Numbered from the stretch's first letter, positions 42,930-53,820 are shown. The stretch: 64,000 bases of DNA from an uncultured Bacteroidota bacterium (GCA_947085565.1 CAMTWZ010000002.1:3921-67920); one strand, 5' to 3'. A program made the numbers and translations. Notes: generated by a model from the letters alone, not told the origin.

Positions 42930-45900
42930 TCGGCAGATCAAGCATGATGCGGACGATCGTACCGGGGTTCTGCCCGGATTCAAAGGCGATCGTTCCGCCA
43001 TGCCGGGAAACGCGGTATTCCATGTTGCGGATGCCGTTGGAACCGGATGGGGCTTGGCCACTCATCCCGATGCCGTCGTCCTCGATCGAAATCATCAGCG
43101 TTCGACCAGTTTCGACCCCGATATGAAGTCGGACCGTCTTGGCTGCGGAGTGCTTCATCACATTGGCCAACGCCTCACTGATGCAAAGGTACAGGTCGTG
43201 CCTGATCTCGGATGAAATCCGAACATCCGGGATGGGATCGACAATGTCGAAACGGCATCGGATGGGGGAGTCCCGGAAAAAGTCGGTCGTGTATTCGATC
43301 ATGTATTCCACAAAACGCTCAAGCGTGTCGTTCTGAGGGTTCGTAGTCCAAACGATTTCATCCAGCTGGGTGATCACCTCGCGGGTGGATTTGTAGATCT
43401 CGTTGATGTGATCGGTTCTTTTGGCTTTTCCTTTGCTGGTCCTGATCAGTTCGGATAACAATGAGATGCGCGTGAGTCTGGCACCTACCTTGTCGTGGAG
43501 GTCCGATGAGATGCGGTTGCGTTCCTGGTTGATTTCATTCTCGCGTTCCAGTTGCAACATCCGTTGCCGCCATTTCACCGTGGTCGCACGGTAAACCGTG
43601 AATCCGATACCCAGCAATAGTCCCAAAAAGGACAACACTCTGAACCAAGTCGTTTCCCAATAGGGTGTCAAAATCAGGATGCTTATCCGGGTTTCATCCC
43701 CTTCCCAAAAATCAGCGCTTGAGGAAGCCATGACTCTGAATGTGTAGCTGCCAGGCTCGAGATTGATGAAGCGCACGTAGGTCCTTGCTTCATTGTACAC
43801 CCAGTCGGTATCGATGGGATCAAGTCTGTACCGGTAGTGGACTTCTTTGTCCGGCCGAAACGATAGAACGTTGTACTCGAATGCGATCTCGTTCTGATGA
43901 GGCTTCAGTACGATGTCTTTGAGATAAGGATGGGATACGCTGGCGGCCAAAGGCTCGAAATGATGAGTGATGCTCGAGATGTACACCGGCAACGATTCGC
44001 GCGTTTTTCGCACCTGATCCGGATAAAAGAGATTGATCCCGTTGATGCCGCCGAATGCCATCAACCCGTCGGATCTTCGCGAGTAGGCACCGGTGTTGAA
44101 CTCGAGCGATTGAAGTCCTTCGCGCGGGGTGAAATTCTGAGCACTCAGATGGCTTTCTTCAGTGATCCTGACCTTGCTCAAACCGCCGTTCGAACTCACC
44201 CACATGTTCCCGGATCCGTCCGGCTGGATACCGTAAATGAAATTGTTGGGCAAACCATGCCAAGTGGTAAAGTGACGCACGTTCCAAGTTCGTGAATCGA
44301 TAACCCTTAAGCCTGAATTCGTACCCGCCCAGATCAGGCCGCTATCATCCGCATGAAGCGACCTGATCGTGTTCTCCTGATACCTGCTTTCGGATGGATT
44401 CTCGAAAAGGATCCACTCTGTGGTTCCCGTCTGCTTGTGCCATTTCAGGATTCCCGAGCCATAGGTGCCGAAATACAGATGCTCTTTGTCGGCCGCTATG
44501 CTGAGAGTTGAACTTTTGCTGAAGTCGAGCCGAAGCGAAGAGGGCAGTGGGACGAGTCGCTTTTCGTTGAGATCGAAGAGTAACACTCCGTTCAGGGTTC
44601 CGATCCAAATCCGGCGACCTTCCGGAAGAAGGGAATTCACTGCGAAATCGTGCCTCGGTACCGCTTGAGTCGCCCCTGTGAGTGAAAACGTCTCCATGAC
44701 TCCGGTATTGAGATCAAGCAGATGCAAGCTGCCATTTCCACCGAAGAGCATCTTTTCGGATTCCAGGCGGGTTATGCTCCACACACCGAATGTGGCGATG
44801 TCTTTCCAAGGATGCCAGATCTTGACATTCCCATTCGATAGCTCATACCGCCCCAGTCCATTGCCGGCGGTGCCGTACCACAAATATCGGTCATCCAGGA
44901 ACAGAGATTTGATCAGTCCCTCATGGATGTTTCTCGGAAAGGGCAAGGAGTTGTTGACCAGGCTCAATGGGTTCGGCTGCAGTGTGGATGTGGCCAATCC
45001 GCCGGCATCCGTACCGATAAGGTAGGTTCCGTCTTTGCTTCTGTGAATACTTGTGATGTTATCCGATGGAAGTGAACGCGTATCGGAAACTTGGTGCCTG
45101 TATCGGGCTGTGATGCCCTCATTCATGCGGAATCGAATCAATCCGTTACCGATGGTGGCGGCAAAGAAATCGTCTTTTCCCTTTTCATAGAGGGCATGAA
45201 CACGGATTCCATCCGCCTTCGATATGGAAATGCCCGGTGATGTCCATTTTGGAACAAGGGAATGGACATCCCGATACAATAGCCTCCCTTTGCTTAGTGC
45301 GATCCATAAGCGCCCCGATCGATCCAATAGAAGTGGTTTAGGGTAATCCTCTTCGGCGCCTTCATAAGTAACCGAACTTTGGCCGGATTTGATGTTGTAT
45401 TCAAGGATTCGTGAACGCAGCCCCAGATAAAGCAGCGAATCGCCTGCTCCAAAGACATGATAAATGGCATCAGTGAGCGGTTTGCCGTCAACCATGATGC
45501 CAATGTTTTCGAGGGATTCCCCGCCTGCTTCCAGTAGAAAGAGTCCGCTCCAACCACAGATCCAAGCATTTCCACGAGTATCCAGGTGGATGTTCTGAAA
45601 TCCGTGGCTGACCTGCTTCCATCGGGCATCCCGAAAACCGATCCGGTTGATTTTTTCGGTTTTCGTATGAAGTCTCGAAACTTGGTTTGATGTCAGTACA
45701 AACAGATTGCCATTGGCGTGGCCCAAGTCCATGATGAAATTGTCGGGCAGAGACTGTTCGCTGCCGAGCTCGTTGCGGAAGACTTTGAAGGTTTTGCCAT
45801 CGAAACGGTTCAGTCCATCGGCAGTTGCAAGCCATGCAAAACCAAGCGAATCTTCAGTGATCGAAAACACTGAACTCTGACTAAGTCCGTCAGAGATGCC

Positions 45901-45984
45901 GAATGTGTAAAAGGAGATCGATGTGTATTGGGCTGAAGCCTGATAGCAGATGGACTGAAAAGCCACCGCCATCAGGCACAGCAT
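42901..45984 (-). CDS. Sensor histidine kinase with beta-propeller and Y_Y_Y domains (HisKA_3 type); start uncertain
   Basis: DGLSQSSV, GLNRFDG, YRYRL, NLEPGSY, ERNRISSDLHD, EALANVMKHS. Confidence 0.9.
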   Translation of the reverse strand: MLCLMAVAFQSICYQASAQYTSISFYTFGISDGLSQSSVFSITEDSLGFAWLATADGLNRFDGKTFKVFRNELGSEQSLPDNFIMDLGHANGNLFVLTSNQVSRLHTKTEKINRIGFRDARWKQVSHGFQNIHLDTRGNAWICGWSGLFLLEAGGESLENIGIMVDGKPLTDAIYHVFGAGDSLLYLGLRSRILEYNIKSGQSSVTYEGAEEDYPKPLLLDRSGRLWIALSKGRLLYRDVHSLVPKWTSPGISISKADGIRVHALYEKGKDDFFAATIGNGLIRFRMNEGITARYRHQVSDTRSLPSDNITSIHRSKDGTYLIGTDAGGLATSTLQPNPLSLVNNSLPFPRNIHEGLIKSLFLDDRYLWYGTAGNGLGRYELSNGNVKIWHPWKDIATFGVWSITRLESEKMLFGGNGSLHLLDLNTGVMETFSLTGATQAVPRHDFAVNSLLPEGRRIWIGTLNGVLLFDLNEKRLVPLPSSLRLDFSKSSTLSIAADKEHLYFGTYGSGILKWHKQTGTTEWILFENPSESRYQENTIRSLHADDSGLIWAGTNSGLRVIDSRTWNVRHFTTWHGLPNNFIYGIQPDGSGNMWVSSNGGLSKVRITEESHLSAQNFTPREGLQSLEFNTGAYSRRSDGLMAFGGINGINLFYPDQVRKTRESLPVYISSITHHFEPLAASVSHPYLKDIVLKPHQNEIAFEYNVLSFRPDKEVHYRYRLDPIDTDWVYNEARTYVRFINLEPGSYTFRVMASSSADFWEGDETRISILILTPYWETTWFRVLSFLGLLLGIGFTVYRATTVKWRQRMLQLERENEINQERNRISSDLHDKVGARLTRISLLSELIRTSKGKAKRTDHINEIYKSTREVITQLDEIVWTTNPQNDTLERFVEYMIEYTTDFFRDSPIRCRFDIVDPIPDVRISSEIRHDLYLCISEALANVMKHSAAKTVRLHIGVETGRTLMISIEDDGIGMSGQAPSGSNGIRNMEYRVSRHGGTIAFESGQNPGTIVRIMLDLPITSTQSSAS

Positions 45985-46015
45985 CCGAAAATGTCTGAGT
46001 GTCGACGAATTCGGT

Positions 46016-47620
46016 TTACTCGACACCCGTCCGCAATTTAAGTCTCTCAAGCTCTTTCGACAGCTGCTCGATCTGCTGCTGTTGTTCCTGGATGGCCTTG
46101 ATCAGCACCGGAATCATTTCCGTGTAATTCACCGATTTGAAATCGATGGAAGTGGTGCTGACCGAAGGACCCGCATTCGACGCTTCGATATTCGGAATGC
46201 GTGCGGTGTTCTGATTTACCAGCTCAGGAAACAGTGGCTCGAGCTCTTGCGCGATCACGCCGTAATGCGTGCCGGAGGGCAGGTACAGGCCGGTGTCTTG
46301 GCGGTATTGGTACGACACCACATTCATGGCCAGAAGTTTCGACAAGGTCGATTCCAGCGGAGCGATGCCTTCTTTGAGCAAACGATCGGACGGGTTGCTG
46401 AGTGTGCCGCTGACAGTCAGGTTGCCGTTCACATTCACGTTTCCGTTGGAGATGATCGCGGTCGCGTTGTTGCCATTGGCGTTCACGATCAGTCCGATGT
46501 TGTTGCCTGAAGCGTTGTTCACGGAGATGTCCGCACCGATGTTGTCGCCGGCGGTTTGTCTGTTAGCGCGCGCGTTGATGCCGATGTTGCGCACGGATGA
46601 GTTCCACGCCGAGGCGACGACCCCCAGATTGTTGGTGTTTCCGGTTGTGAACGATTGTCCCTCAACCCCGACATTGCCACGGTTAGCTCCAACGTTTCCG
46701 CCGGCGGTTCCGAACACGCCGATGTTGAGGTTGTTGTTCAAGCGGGACACACCGTAGATGCCATAATTGGCGGAACCGAAGTTGTTTTGGGCTTCGCGCG
46801 GGTCGCCGAAAGGTACGATTTCACCAGATCCGGCTCCGATGGCGAATCCGATGGAACCAACGGTAATTTTGGATGTGCCCTCAGCCACATTGTAGCCGGC
46901 GTAGTTTCCGGTACCCGTCGGCGAACCCGGATTGTTCTGACCGGTTACCCGGCTGTACGTTCCGTAGATGAATGTGGGAGTGGTTCCGGCAGGTGTCACA
47001 TGGGTGAACGTGCCACCGGCAGTAGGGGAGTTGGTGGTGATGTAGTTCTGATAGGCCAAGGCGTTGCGGTTGCCGCTGATGCGGGTCACGATGGCTGAAT
47101 CGCCCTGATCCGAGTTGATGATGCGCGGTATTCTCGGATCGAACGCATTGCCTGCGGCCAAGGCGAAGGGAACCGACCATACACGGCTCGCGCCCAGATC
47201 GGTGTAAGTGGTTCCGCCGGAGAAATCGGCTTCAAGTTTCACGAACACGGATTCGCCTTTCCAGTTGATGTTCGAGAAGGCGCCGACCGATGGTGTTCCA
47301 CCGCCGATGACGAAGCTAAGCACCCCGAAGGCGTTGCTGGTCAATGAATGGGTCTCGGTGTAAAGCACGGTTCCGGTTTCGGAATTCGCCAAGATGGAAA
47401 CACGCAAACCCACCGCTTGGTTGGCAAGGATGTCGCCATTGGTGTTTCTGGCCACGGCCTGATAACTCACGCCCTGTGGGACATTCGTGGATGCGGTTTC
47501 AATGCGTCCGGAATTGGATTTGAACGCATTGGATTCACCGATGAGAATCGGTTCTGCGTGTTGGGCGGAAAGAGAAAAAGCGAAAAGGGTGGACACACCC
47601 AGTGACAGGAGTCTTTTCAT
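46016..47620 (-). CDS. Secreted fibre-like protein with C-terminal peptidase S74 intramolecular chaperone
   Basis: PQGVSYQAVARN, SVPFA, Gly/Asn-rich repeats, SDRLLK, GVIAQELE, KAIQEQQ coiled coil. Confidence 0.85.
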   Translation of the reverse strand: MKRLLSLGVSTLFAFSLSAQHAEPILIGESNAFKSNSGRIETASTNVPQGVSYQAVARNTNGDILANQAVGLRVSILANSETGTVLYTETHSLTSNAFGVLSFVIGGGTPSVGAFSNINWKGESVFVKLEADFSGGTTYTDLGASRVWSVPFALAAGNAFDPRIPRIINSDQGDSAIVTRISGNRNALAYQNYITTNSPTAGGTFTHVTPAGTTPTFIYGTYSRVTGQNNPGSPTGTGNYAGYNVAEGTSKITVGSIGFAIGAGSGEIVPFGDPREAQNNFGSANYGIYGVSRLNNNLNIGVFGTAGGNVGANRGNVGVEGQSFTTGNTNNLGVVASAWNSSVRNIGINARANRQTAGDNIGADISVNNASGNNIGLIVNANGNNATAIISNGNVNVNGNLTVSGTLSNPSDRLLKEGIAPLESTLSKLLAMNVVSYQYRQDTGLYLPSGTHYGVIAQELEPLFPELVNQNTARIPNIEASNAGPSVSTTSIDFKSVNYTEMIPVLIKAIQEQQQQIEQLSKELERLKLRTGVE

Positions 47621-47643
47621 GATAGAGTGGTATTGACGTTGAA

Positions 47644-48171
47644 TTATTTGACTAAGGTCATGCGGCGCGTGGCGATCACGTTGCCATTCACCTGAAAGCG
47701 ATACAGATACACGCCGGAACTGAGTCCTGTGGCGTTGAAAGCGACCTGATATCGGCCTGCGGTGCGTTCCTGGTTCACCAACACGGCGACCTCGCGACCA
47801 AGGATATCGTACACGGCCAAGCGTACGGCCCCAGCCGATGATAACTGATACCCGATCACCGTGGATGGGTTGAACGGATTCGGATAATTCCCATCCAAAC
47901 GCGTTTCCAACGGAAGTTCAGAGTGCGATGGATTGTCGATAGAGACGACCGTACCCGGCGTCACATAAGCGAAACCGCCGCTGAGCGAACCTCCTGCACC
48001 GCTGGCGTTGCCGATGTTCACTCCGCTGATCACTCCGCTCAAGGAGCGCCCGGCACCTGAGAACGTCCCAGGCAAGGGATTGAATGTGCCACTGGACAAT
48101 GTTTGTGCATGCGATTCTGAAAAGCAGAACGCCAGCGCAAACAACCCGAACACATAGAGTTGTTTGGTCAT
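47644..48171 (-). CDS. Small T9SS type A sorting-domain protein
   Basis: Signal peptide, NYPNPFNPST, YDILGREV, LSSGVYLYR, MTLVK. Confidence 0.9.
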   Translation of the reverse strand: MTKQLYVFGLFALAFCFSESHAQTLSSGTFNPLPGTFSGAGRSLSGVISGVNIGNASGAGGSLSGGFAYVTPGTVVSIDNPSHSELPLETRLDGNYPNPFNPSTVIGYQLSSAGAVRLAVYDILGREVAVLVNQERTAGRYQVAFNATGLSSGVYLYRFQVNGNVIATRRMTLVK

Positions 48172-48230
48172 GGTTTTTTATTCGGTTGATGTTGCAAGAC
48201 CAAGGAAGATACTATCGAGTTCCCTAATGC

Positions 48231-50438
48231 TTACAAGTGTTTCTTCAGGTAATCTATGTAAAGATTCATCAAATACAGGTTGCTGGCCCGATTATAAGCC
48301 ACTCCATGCGCTCCTGGTGGGAAAATGCGCAAGTCGTGGTCGATGCGATGGTCGATTAGCGCCTTGACGAATTGGAAGGTGTGTTGCACGTGCACATTCT
48401 CATCCATGGTGGAATGGACGATCAAGAGTTTTCCTTTCAGTCGGTCGGCCCGTGTGGTCGGACTGCTTTTCACATACCCCTGAAGATTGTTCCCGATCAA
48501 TCCCATGTAGCGTTCCGTGTAGATGGTGTCGTACAACCTCCAATCGGAAACCGGAGCTCCGCAGATTCCGACAGAAAAGCGGTCGGGATGGGCGGTCATG
48601 GCATAGAGCACCATGTAACCGCCATAGCTGTGGCCTTTGATGGCGATCCGGTTTCCATCCACATATCGGAGGGAGGCCAGATAATCGGCGGTTTCCTTGA
48701 AATCGCGCGCTTCCAACTCGCCAAGGTTCAGATAGACCTGTTTCTCGAACTTCCGACCGTAGCCGCTCGATCCGCGGTTGTTCACTCCCACCACGATGTA
48801 CCCTTGTTGGGTCATGTATTGGCGGAAATTGCCGCTTTCCCATTGGTTGTACACCGATTGCGAGCTGGGACCGCCGTACACTTCCATCACCACCGGATAG
48901 CGCTTGGTGGAGTCGAAATCCGCCGGATAGAGAATCATAGCGTCCAGATCGATTCCTTCGCTGGTTTTGAAGCGGAACAGATTCCGTTTCGCGTACAGAT
49001 TCGTCTTCACCGCCTGTTTCACGGCTTCGTTCGTTTCCAGGGTTTTCACCACCCGACCGCGACGGTCTTTCAGCAAAACCTGGGTCGGTGTGTCGATATT
49101 CGAATATCGGTCGATGAAATACGCCGCATTCGGTCCCATGTCGATGGTATGGCGGCCCGCTTCCGTAGTGAGCTTCTGCTTGCCACGTCCGTTCGTACCG
49201 ATCACGTACAGATGCCGTTCCAAGGGCGATGCCTCGGTCGATGCGTAGAAAATCTGCTTCGATCGGGCATCGTACGCATACAGATTGGTGACTTCCCAAT
49301 TGCCGCTGGTGACTTGCCGAATCAGTTTCCCATCGTAATCAAAATGGTAGATGTGCCGGTAGCCGTCGCGGTCCGACATCCAGAAAAAGGCTTTCGAATC
49401 GGTCGGAAACAGGAAGTGATGATCGATGCGCTCGAAGAAATTGAAGACGTCGATCCACACTTCGGAACGCTCTTCCATCACCAATTTGCGGGCGCCCGTC
49501 TTCACGTCGAAGAAAAACAGCTTGAGGTGGTTCTGCTCGCGGTTCATCCAAACCACTGCCAACTGACCCGGCACCGAGGTCCAGTAAATCCGTGGAATGA
49601 GGCTGTCGTCGGATTCTCCCGTTTCCAAGAAGGTGCGATCACCGGTCTGTATATCGACCACTCCGATCCGCATGGTTGGATTGATGTCGCCCACTTTCGG
49701 ATATTTCAGGGTGACGTATTCGGGGTGTCCGGCGCCTTCGTAATCCGTCATCTGGAAAATCGGAACCGCGGATTCATTCTCCTGCCAGAAAGCGATGTGT
49801 CGGCTGTCGTTCGACCAGCTCCAAGCCTGTGCCAAGCCGAATTCCTCTTCATACACCCATCCGAATCGGCCGTTGAACAGGTGCTCGGAACCATCGTGAG
49901 TGAGGCGTTTTTCCGTTCCGGTGGCGAAGGAATACAGATACAGATCACCTCCGCGCTCCATCCCGACATGCTTTCCATCGGGGGAGAGTTGAGCGGTTCC
50001 GGCATCTTTCGCCACCAATTGAAGCGTTTTGGATTGCAGGTTGTACAGATAATGGTCGGATATGCCCGAGCGGCGGAAGATCGGTCTGAAATTGGCGGAG
50101 AAGAAGAGATGCTTGGAGTCGTCGGTCCAGCCGAAATCGTCATAATCGAACGGAGTGCTGGTTCCTGGGAAGGTGAGCCCTTTGCCGTCGAAAACCAAGG
50201 CGTCTTCACCGGAAGCGGGATTGAACGATCGGATTTCCAGGGTATTGGTCGCGCGGTTGAACAGCGAATAAGAGTACCGGTTGCCGCCGTCCATCCATAA
50301 GATGTTCTGCGGACCCGATGCCCCACTGAACATCGCTCCCGACATGAGGGCTTGGTCGAGGCTGGTGAATCGCTGCTGAGCGCTCAGCGATGGAATGAAA
50401 AACAGGACTGCGATGAGCAAATACAAGGTCTGGCGCAT
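48231..50438 (-). CDS. Dipeptidyl peptidase IV family (S9B)
   Basis: WVYEEE, YGGP, GHSYGG, YDTIYTERYM, DENVH. Confidence 0.92.
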   Translation of the reverse strand: MRQTLYLLIAVLFFIPSLSAQQRFTSLDQALMSGAMFSGASGPQNILWMDGGNRYSYSLFNRATNTLEIRSFNPASGEDALVFDGKGLTFPGTSTPFDYDDFGWTDDSKHLFFSANFRPIFRRSGISDHYLYNLQSKTLQLVAKDAGTAQLSPDGKHVGMERGGDLYLYSFATGTEKRLTHDGSEHLFNGRFGWVYEEEFGLAQAWSWSNDSRHIAFWQENESAVPIFQMTDYEGAGHPEYVTLKYPKVGDINPTMRIGVVDIQTGDRTFLETGESDDSLIPRIYWTSVPGQLAVVWMNREQNHLKLFFFDVKTGARKLVMEERSEVWIDVFNFFERIDHHFLFPTDSKAFFWMSDRDGYRHIYHFDYDGKLIRQVTSGNWEVTNLYAYDARSKQIFYASTEASPLERHLYVIGTNGRGKQKLTTEAGRHTIDMGPNAAYFIDRYSNIDTPTQVLLKDRRGRVVKTLETNEAVKQAVKTNLYAKRNLFRFKTSEGIDLDAMILYPADFDSTKRYPVVMEVYGGPSSQSVYNQWESGNFRQYMTQQGYIVVGVNNRGSSGYGRKFEKQVYLNLGELEARDFKETADYLASLRYVDGNRIAIKGHSYGGYMVLYAMTAHPDRFSVGICGAPVSDWRLYDTIYTERYMGLIGNNLQGYVKSSPTTRADRLKGKLLIVHSTMDENVHVQHTFQFVKALIDHRIDHDLRIFPPGAHGVAYNRASNLYLMNLYIDYLKKHL

Positions 50439-50493
50439 GGCTTGGGTTCGATTGGAGTTGGAGAATGAACGCGCAAGATAGTAGTTTGCGCAC

Positions 50494-51519
50494 ATGCAAC
50501 AACCCGTCATCGCCGAACTGATTTCCGGAAAACCGAACTGGAGCGTGCTCGTTTCCCATCCGCCCGTAAGGTTGACCGAAGCTGAGGAACGGGTGGTGGA
50601 AGGCCGCATCGATGATGTGTGCCTTACTCGAGATGTATCCCACGAGCAGATCGGTCTGTCTTCTCTTCGCTCGGAAGTGGCCAGTGAGGCGGTGGTTCGC
50701 TTGGTCTCGGCTTCGGTGGATTTGGTTCCTTTACACATGCAACCTTTGGCGCAACTCACAGGAATAGCGAAAATGGCACTCCGGGCCGCATCGAATGTGG
50801 CGGTGTCGAAGCCGGCATCCGATCATCAGCTGCGCTTGGGGCGGATGGCCGGACGCATCTGGATTCTTGATTCGATACGCCGACTTTGCCTGCCATGGCC
50901 GGCGCCTTCGTATGTGGAACAGGTGGCCATCACACTAATGAGCGAGATCCTCCATGAAGCGGATGTTTTTTTCGCCCGGGATGTGGACCTATCCGCGCTT
51001 TCAGGCTCATGGAAAACCCGTGTGGATGCCCTCAAACCTGAAAACGAAGACGTGGTCTGGGATGGATCTCGCCATAGCAACGGGATTTCGCATGCGATCC
51101 GATATGCCTTGATCCGGGCGAGCGGCGGTGTCCTGGTTCCAGTTCCCATCGGAGGCCCGTCTCGGACCTATCTGCAGCTGATCAGCCAGACTTCGGCCAG
51201 AATGGCTTGGAAGCGTGATTTCGCCGCTCTGCCTTGGCTGTTCGCGGCAACCGCGGTGATCCATCATTTCGAGCATTCCCATCGTCCCAAAGAGCATCGA
51301 CCGTTGTTTGTCTGGTCGATGTACCACCTTTTTGGAAGAATCAAAGCGATCAAGGAGATAGAGAGTGATAGCTCATCTCGGCGGATCGGGCTGCAAATGC
51401 TCAGGCCAGTGGGTATCCGAGAGGCGCTCACCGCCGGCATCCATGTGCCCACCTCATCGTCGGATCCCATCGGTCGGCTCGAGCTGCGATTCGCTGAACA
51501 TCACCGCGGAAGAAACTAA
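50494..51519 (+). CDS. Hypothetical protein, probably co-transcribed with the downstream kinase
   Basis: 341-aa ORF filling the gap and ending 5 nt before the next ATG. Confidence 0.55.
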   Translation: MQQPVIAELISGKPNWSVLVSHPPVRLTEAEERVVEGRIDDVCLTRDVSHEQIGLSSLRSEVASEAVVRLVSASVDLVPLHMQPLAQLTGIAKMALRAASNVAVSKPASDHQLRLGRMAGRIWILDSIRRLCLPWPAPSYVEQVAITLMSEILHEADVFFARDVDLSALSGSWKTRVDALKPENEDVVWDGSRHSNGISHAIRYALIRASGGVLVPVPIGGPSRTYLQLISQTSARMAWKRDFAALPWLFAATAVIHHFEHSHRPKEHRPLFVWSMYHLFGRIKAIKEIESDSSSRRIGLQMLRPVGIREALTAGIHVPTSSSDPIGRLELRFAEHHRGRN

Positions 51520-51524
51520 CAGTC

Positions 51525-53783
51525 GTGAGTCAACCCACCGCACGTATTCTCATCGTCGAAGATGAGATGATTTTGGCCAAAGAGCTGGAAATGCGCTTGA
51601 AGAAGCGCGATTGGGAGGTGGTGGGCATCGCCCGGACCTCGCAACGCGCGATCGAACTGGCGGCGACCGAGAAGCCGGATCTGGTGATGATGGACATCCA
51701 CATCGAGGGTTCGCCCGACGGCATCGATACGGCACGTCAGATCTGGCAGCAGTTCTCCATCGGATCGGTGTTTCTGACCGGATATGGAGACGAGGCCACC
51801 ATCGCGCGGGCGAAGTCGGCCGAACCTCTCGGCTACATCCTCAAGCCTTTCGGCGACAGAGACCTGCAGACCACCGTGGAAATGGCCTTGGTCAAGAGCC
51901 GGCTCCAGCAGAAATTGAAAGAGAGCGAGCAATGGCTGTCTGTCACCTTGAACAGCGTGGCTGAAGGCCTCATCGCCACCGACGCGCAAGGACACATCCG
52001 CCTGATGAACAAACCTGCCGCAGATCTTACCGGATGGAACGCTGCGGATGTGATCGGCTACGATTTCGATGATGTGTGGCGGGCGGTGGGCGTGGCCGAT
52101 CCGGTTCAGGAAGTGATACGGTCGCGTCGGCGTGTGGGTGCCGATGAGAACGATGTGATGCTGAAATCACTCACGGGTGTGCTCACTCCGGTCCAGTATT
52201 CAGCCCAGCCCATCAAAACGGACAAAGGGGCACTGCTCGGAGTGGTGGTCACCTTCGCCGACATGACCCGACACCGCAAACTCGAAGATACGCTTCGGGA
52301 AAACGAGCTCACATTCCGCCAACTCATTCAGAACAGCAGCGACATCCTGTGGTTGGTGGATGCTGAAGGCCGTATTTCATTCGCCAACCCCGCATCCCAA
52401 CGGCTCATCGGCTACAACCCGGACTACCTCAAAGGCCGGGAACTCTTCGCGTTCGTACATCCCGACGATCGTCCCGATCTGCGTGTGTTATTGAGCCAAG
52501 CGTTCCGCAAAGAGGAGGTCTCCAAGCCCCACAGCATCCGCTTTCAACATCGGAACAAGTCGGTGGTGAATCTGGAGACCATCGCCACCGTGAACCGTTG
52601 GGGCGACGAGCGCATCGGCGTGATTCTGAACGCACGCGATATTTCGGGTCAGGAGCGCGTCGAAGACGTTCTGGCCAAAGCGGAAGAGAAAGCGCGGCAA
52701 GTGAACAAATTCAAAGCCGGTTTCTTGGCCAGTCTGAGCCATGAGATGCGCACTCCGCTTTCCGGCATCCTGGGAATGGCGTCGATGTTGGAGATGGATC
52801 TGGAAGGCGAGCCTTTGGAAATGGCTCAGAACATCATCCTGAGCGGTAAGCGGCTTTTGTCCACCATGGAGGCCGTGGTGGATCTGGCGAAAGTGGAATC
52901 GGGACAGATCAAGCCCCAACCCGAACGCATCGACGTGGTGACCTTGGTGAACGATACGGTGCGCACCTTCGTGCCGGTGGCGGAGGAGAAAGAGCTTCGC
53001 TTGAAGGTTCAGGTGAAACAGAACCCGGGCATCGCTTTTTTCGACAGCCGGTGGACCAAGCAAGCCTTGCTTCACATCCTCCGGTTCCATATCCAGAACA
53101 CGATGAAGGGCGGTATCACGGTGACCGTGGGCCACGATCTCGAAAAAGAGCTCGCTGTGGTGACGATCGCCGACACCGGTTTCGGTTTCTCCGACGACAA
53201 GCTCGCCACCATGCTCGATTCTCCGGACGTGGACATGGGGCTGTCGATCGCCACGGGGGTCATCCGTCTGTTGGGCGGGGATGTGGCCATCGCCTCGACC
53301 ATCGGCAAGGGCACCACGGTGACCGTGCGCCTGCCGCTGAACCGCGACGCCGAAATCCAAGACAAACGCGCCGCATACAAAGCCGTGGACGAAGCCTTCA
53401 AGAGCATTACCGAGCGCGCCTATATCTTGGTGGTGGACGATGACGCCGACGCCCGCCACACCCTGTCGAAATTCCTGAATCCGATTTGCGATATCCGCGT
53501 GGCTTCAACCTTGGCCCAAGCCTTGGAGATCGTTCCGGTCGAGCCGATCGACATGGTGCTGGCCGACATCCGCATGGAAACCGAAGATGCCGGCTTCCGC
53601 CTGTTGGAGCGCGTTCAGAACCTTCCCAAATTGCTCAAACCCTCGGTGATCGCCATCACGGCGCATGCCGAATCGAGCGATCGCGACCGTTTTCTGAACG
53701 CCGGTTTTGATGGATATGTGTCCAAACCGTTCTCCAAAGAAGACCTGCTTCATGAAGTGAAACGATTGTTGCTGAAGCGCTGA
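51525..53783 (+). CDS. Hybrid histidine kinase (REC-PAS-PAS-HisKA-HATPase-REC)
   Basis: IVEDE, MMDI, HPDD, SHEMRTPL, GKGTT, YVSKPF. Confidence 0.92.
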   Translation: MSQPTARILIVEDEMILAKELEMRLKKRDWEVVGIARTSQRAIELAATEKPDLVMMDIHIEGSPDGIDTARQIWQQFSIGSVFLTGYGDEATIARAKSAEPLGYILKPFGDRDLQTTVEMALVKSRLQQKLKESEQWLSVTLNSVAEGLIATDAQGHIRLMNKPAADLTGWNAADVIGYDFDDVWRAVGVADPVQEVIRSRRRVGADENDVMLKSLTGVLTPVQYSAQPIKTDKGALLGVVVTFADMTRHRKLEDTLRENELTFRQLIQNSSDILWLVDAEGRISFANPASQRLIGYNPDYLKGRELFAFVHPDDRPDLRVLLSQAFRKEEVSKPHSIRFQHRNKSVVNLETIATVNRWGDERIGVILNARDISGQERVEDVLAKAEEKARQVNKFKAGFLASLSHEMRTPLSGILGMASMLEMDLEGEPLEMAQNIILSGKRLLSTMEAVVDLAKVESGQIKPQPERIDVVTLVNDTVRTFVPVAEEKELRLKVQVKQNPGIAFFDSRWTKQALLHILRFHIQNTMKGGITVTVGHDLEKELAVVTIADTGFGFSDDKLATMLDSPDVDMGLSIATGVIRLLGGDVAIASTIGKGTTVTVRLPLNRDAEIQDKRAAYKAVDEAFKSITERAYILVVDDDADARHTLSKFLNPICDIRVASTLAQALEIVPVEPIDMVLADIRMETEDAGFRLLERVQNLPKLLKPSVIAITAHAESSDRDRFLNAGFDGYVSKPFSKEDLLHEVKRLLLKR

Positions 53784-53791
53784 TTCCGCGC

Positions 53792-53820
53792 TTGATATAT
53801 GTGCGGAATATGTGTAAGAT
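53792..53820 (+). promoter_or_regulatory. Sigma70-like promoter TTGATA-N17-TAAGAT with an ATATGTG direct repeat in the spacer
   Basis: Read directly. Confidence 0.55.

Noticed and set aside
46016-47620. Prophage tail gene
   Set aside because: It has a signal peptide and cellular neighbours, with no phage context
48372-50300. Long antisense ORFs (also 17147-18421, 54323-55444, 60064-61137)
   Set aside because: Shadow frames of well-supported genes in GC-rich DNA
50439-50759. N-terminal extension of the DPP IV ORF
   Set aside because: The signal peptide begins at Met 50438, and the extension overlaps the divergent gene
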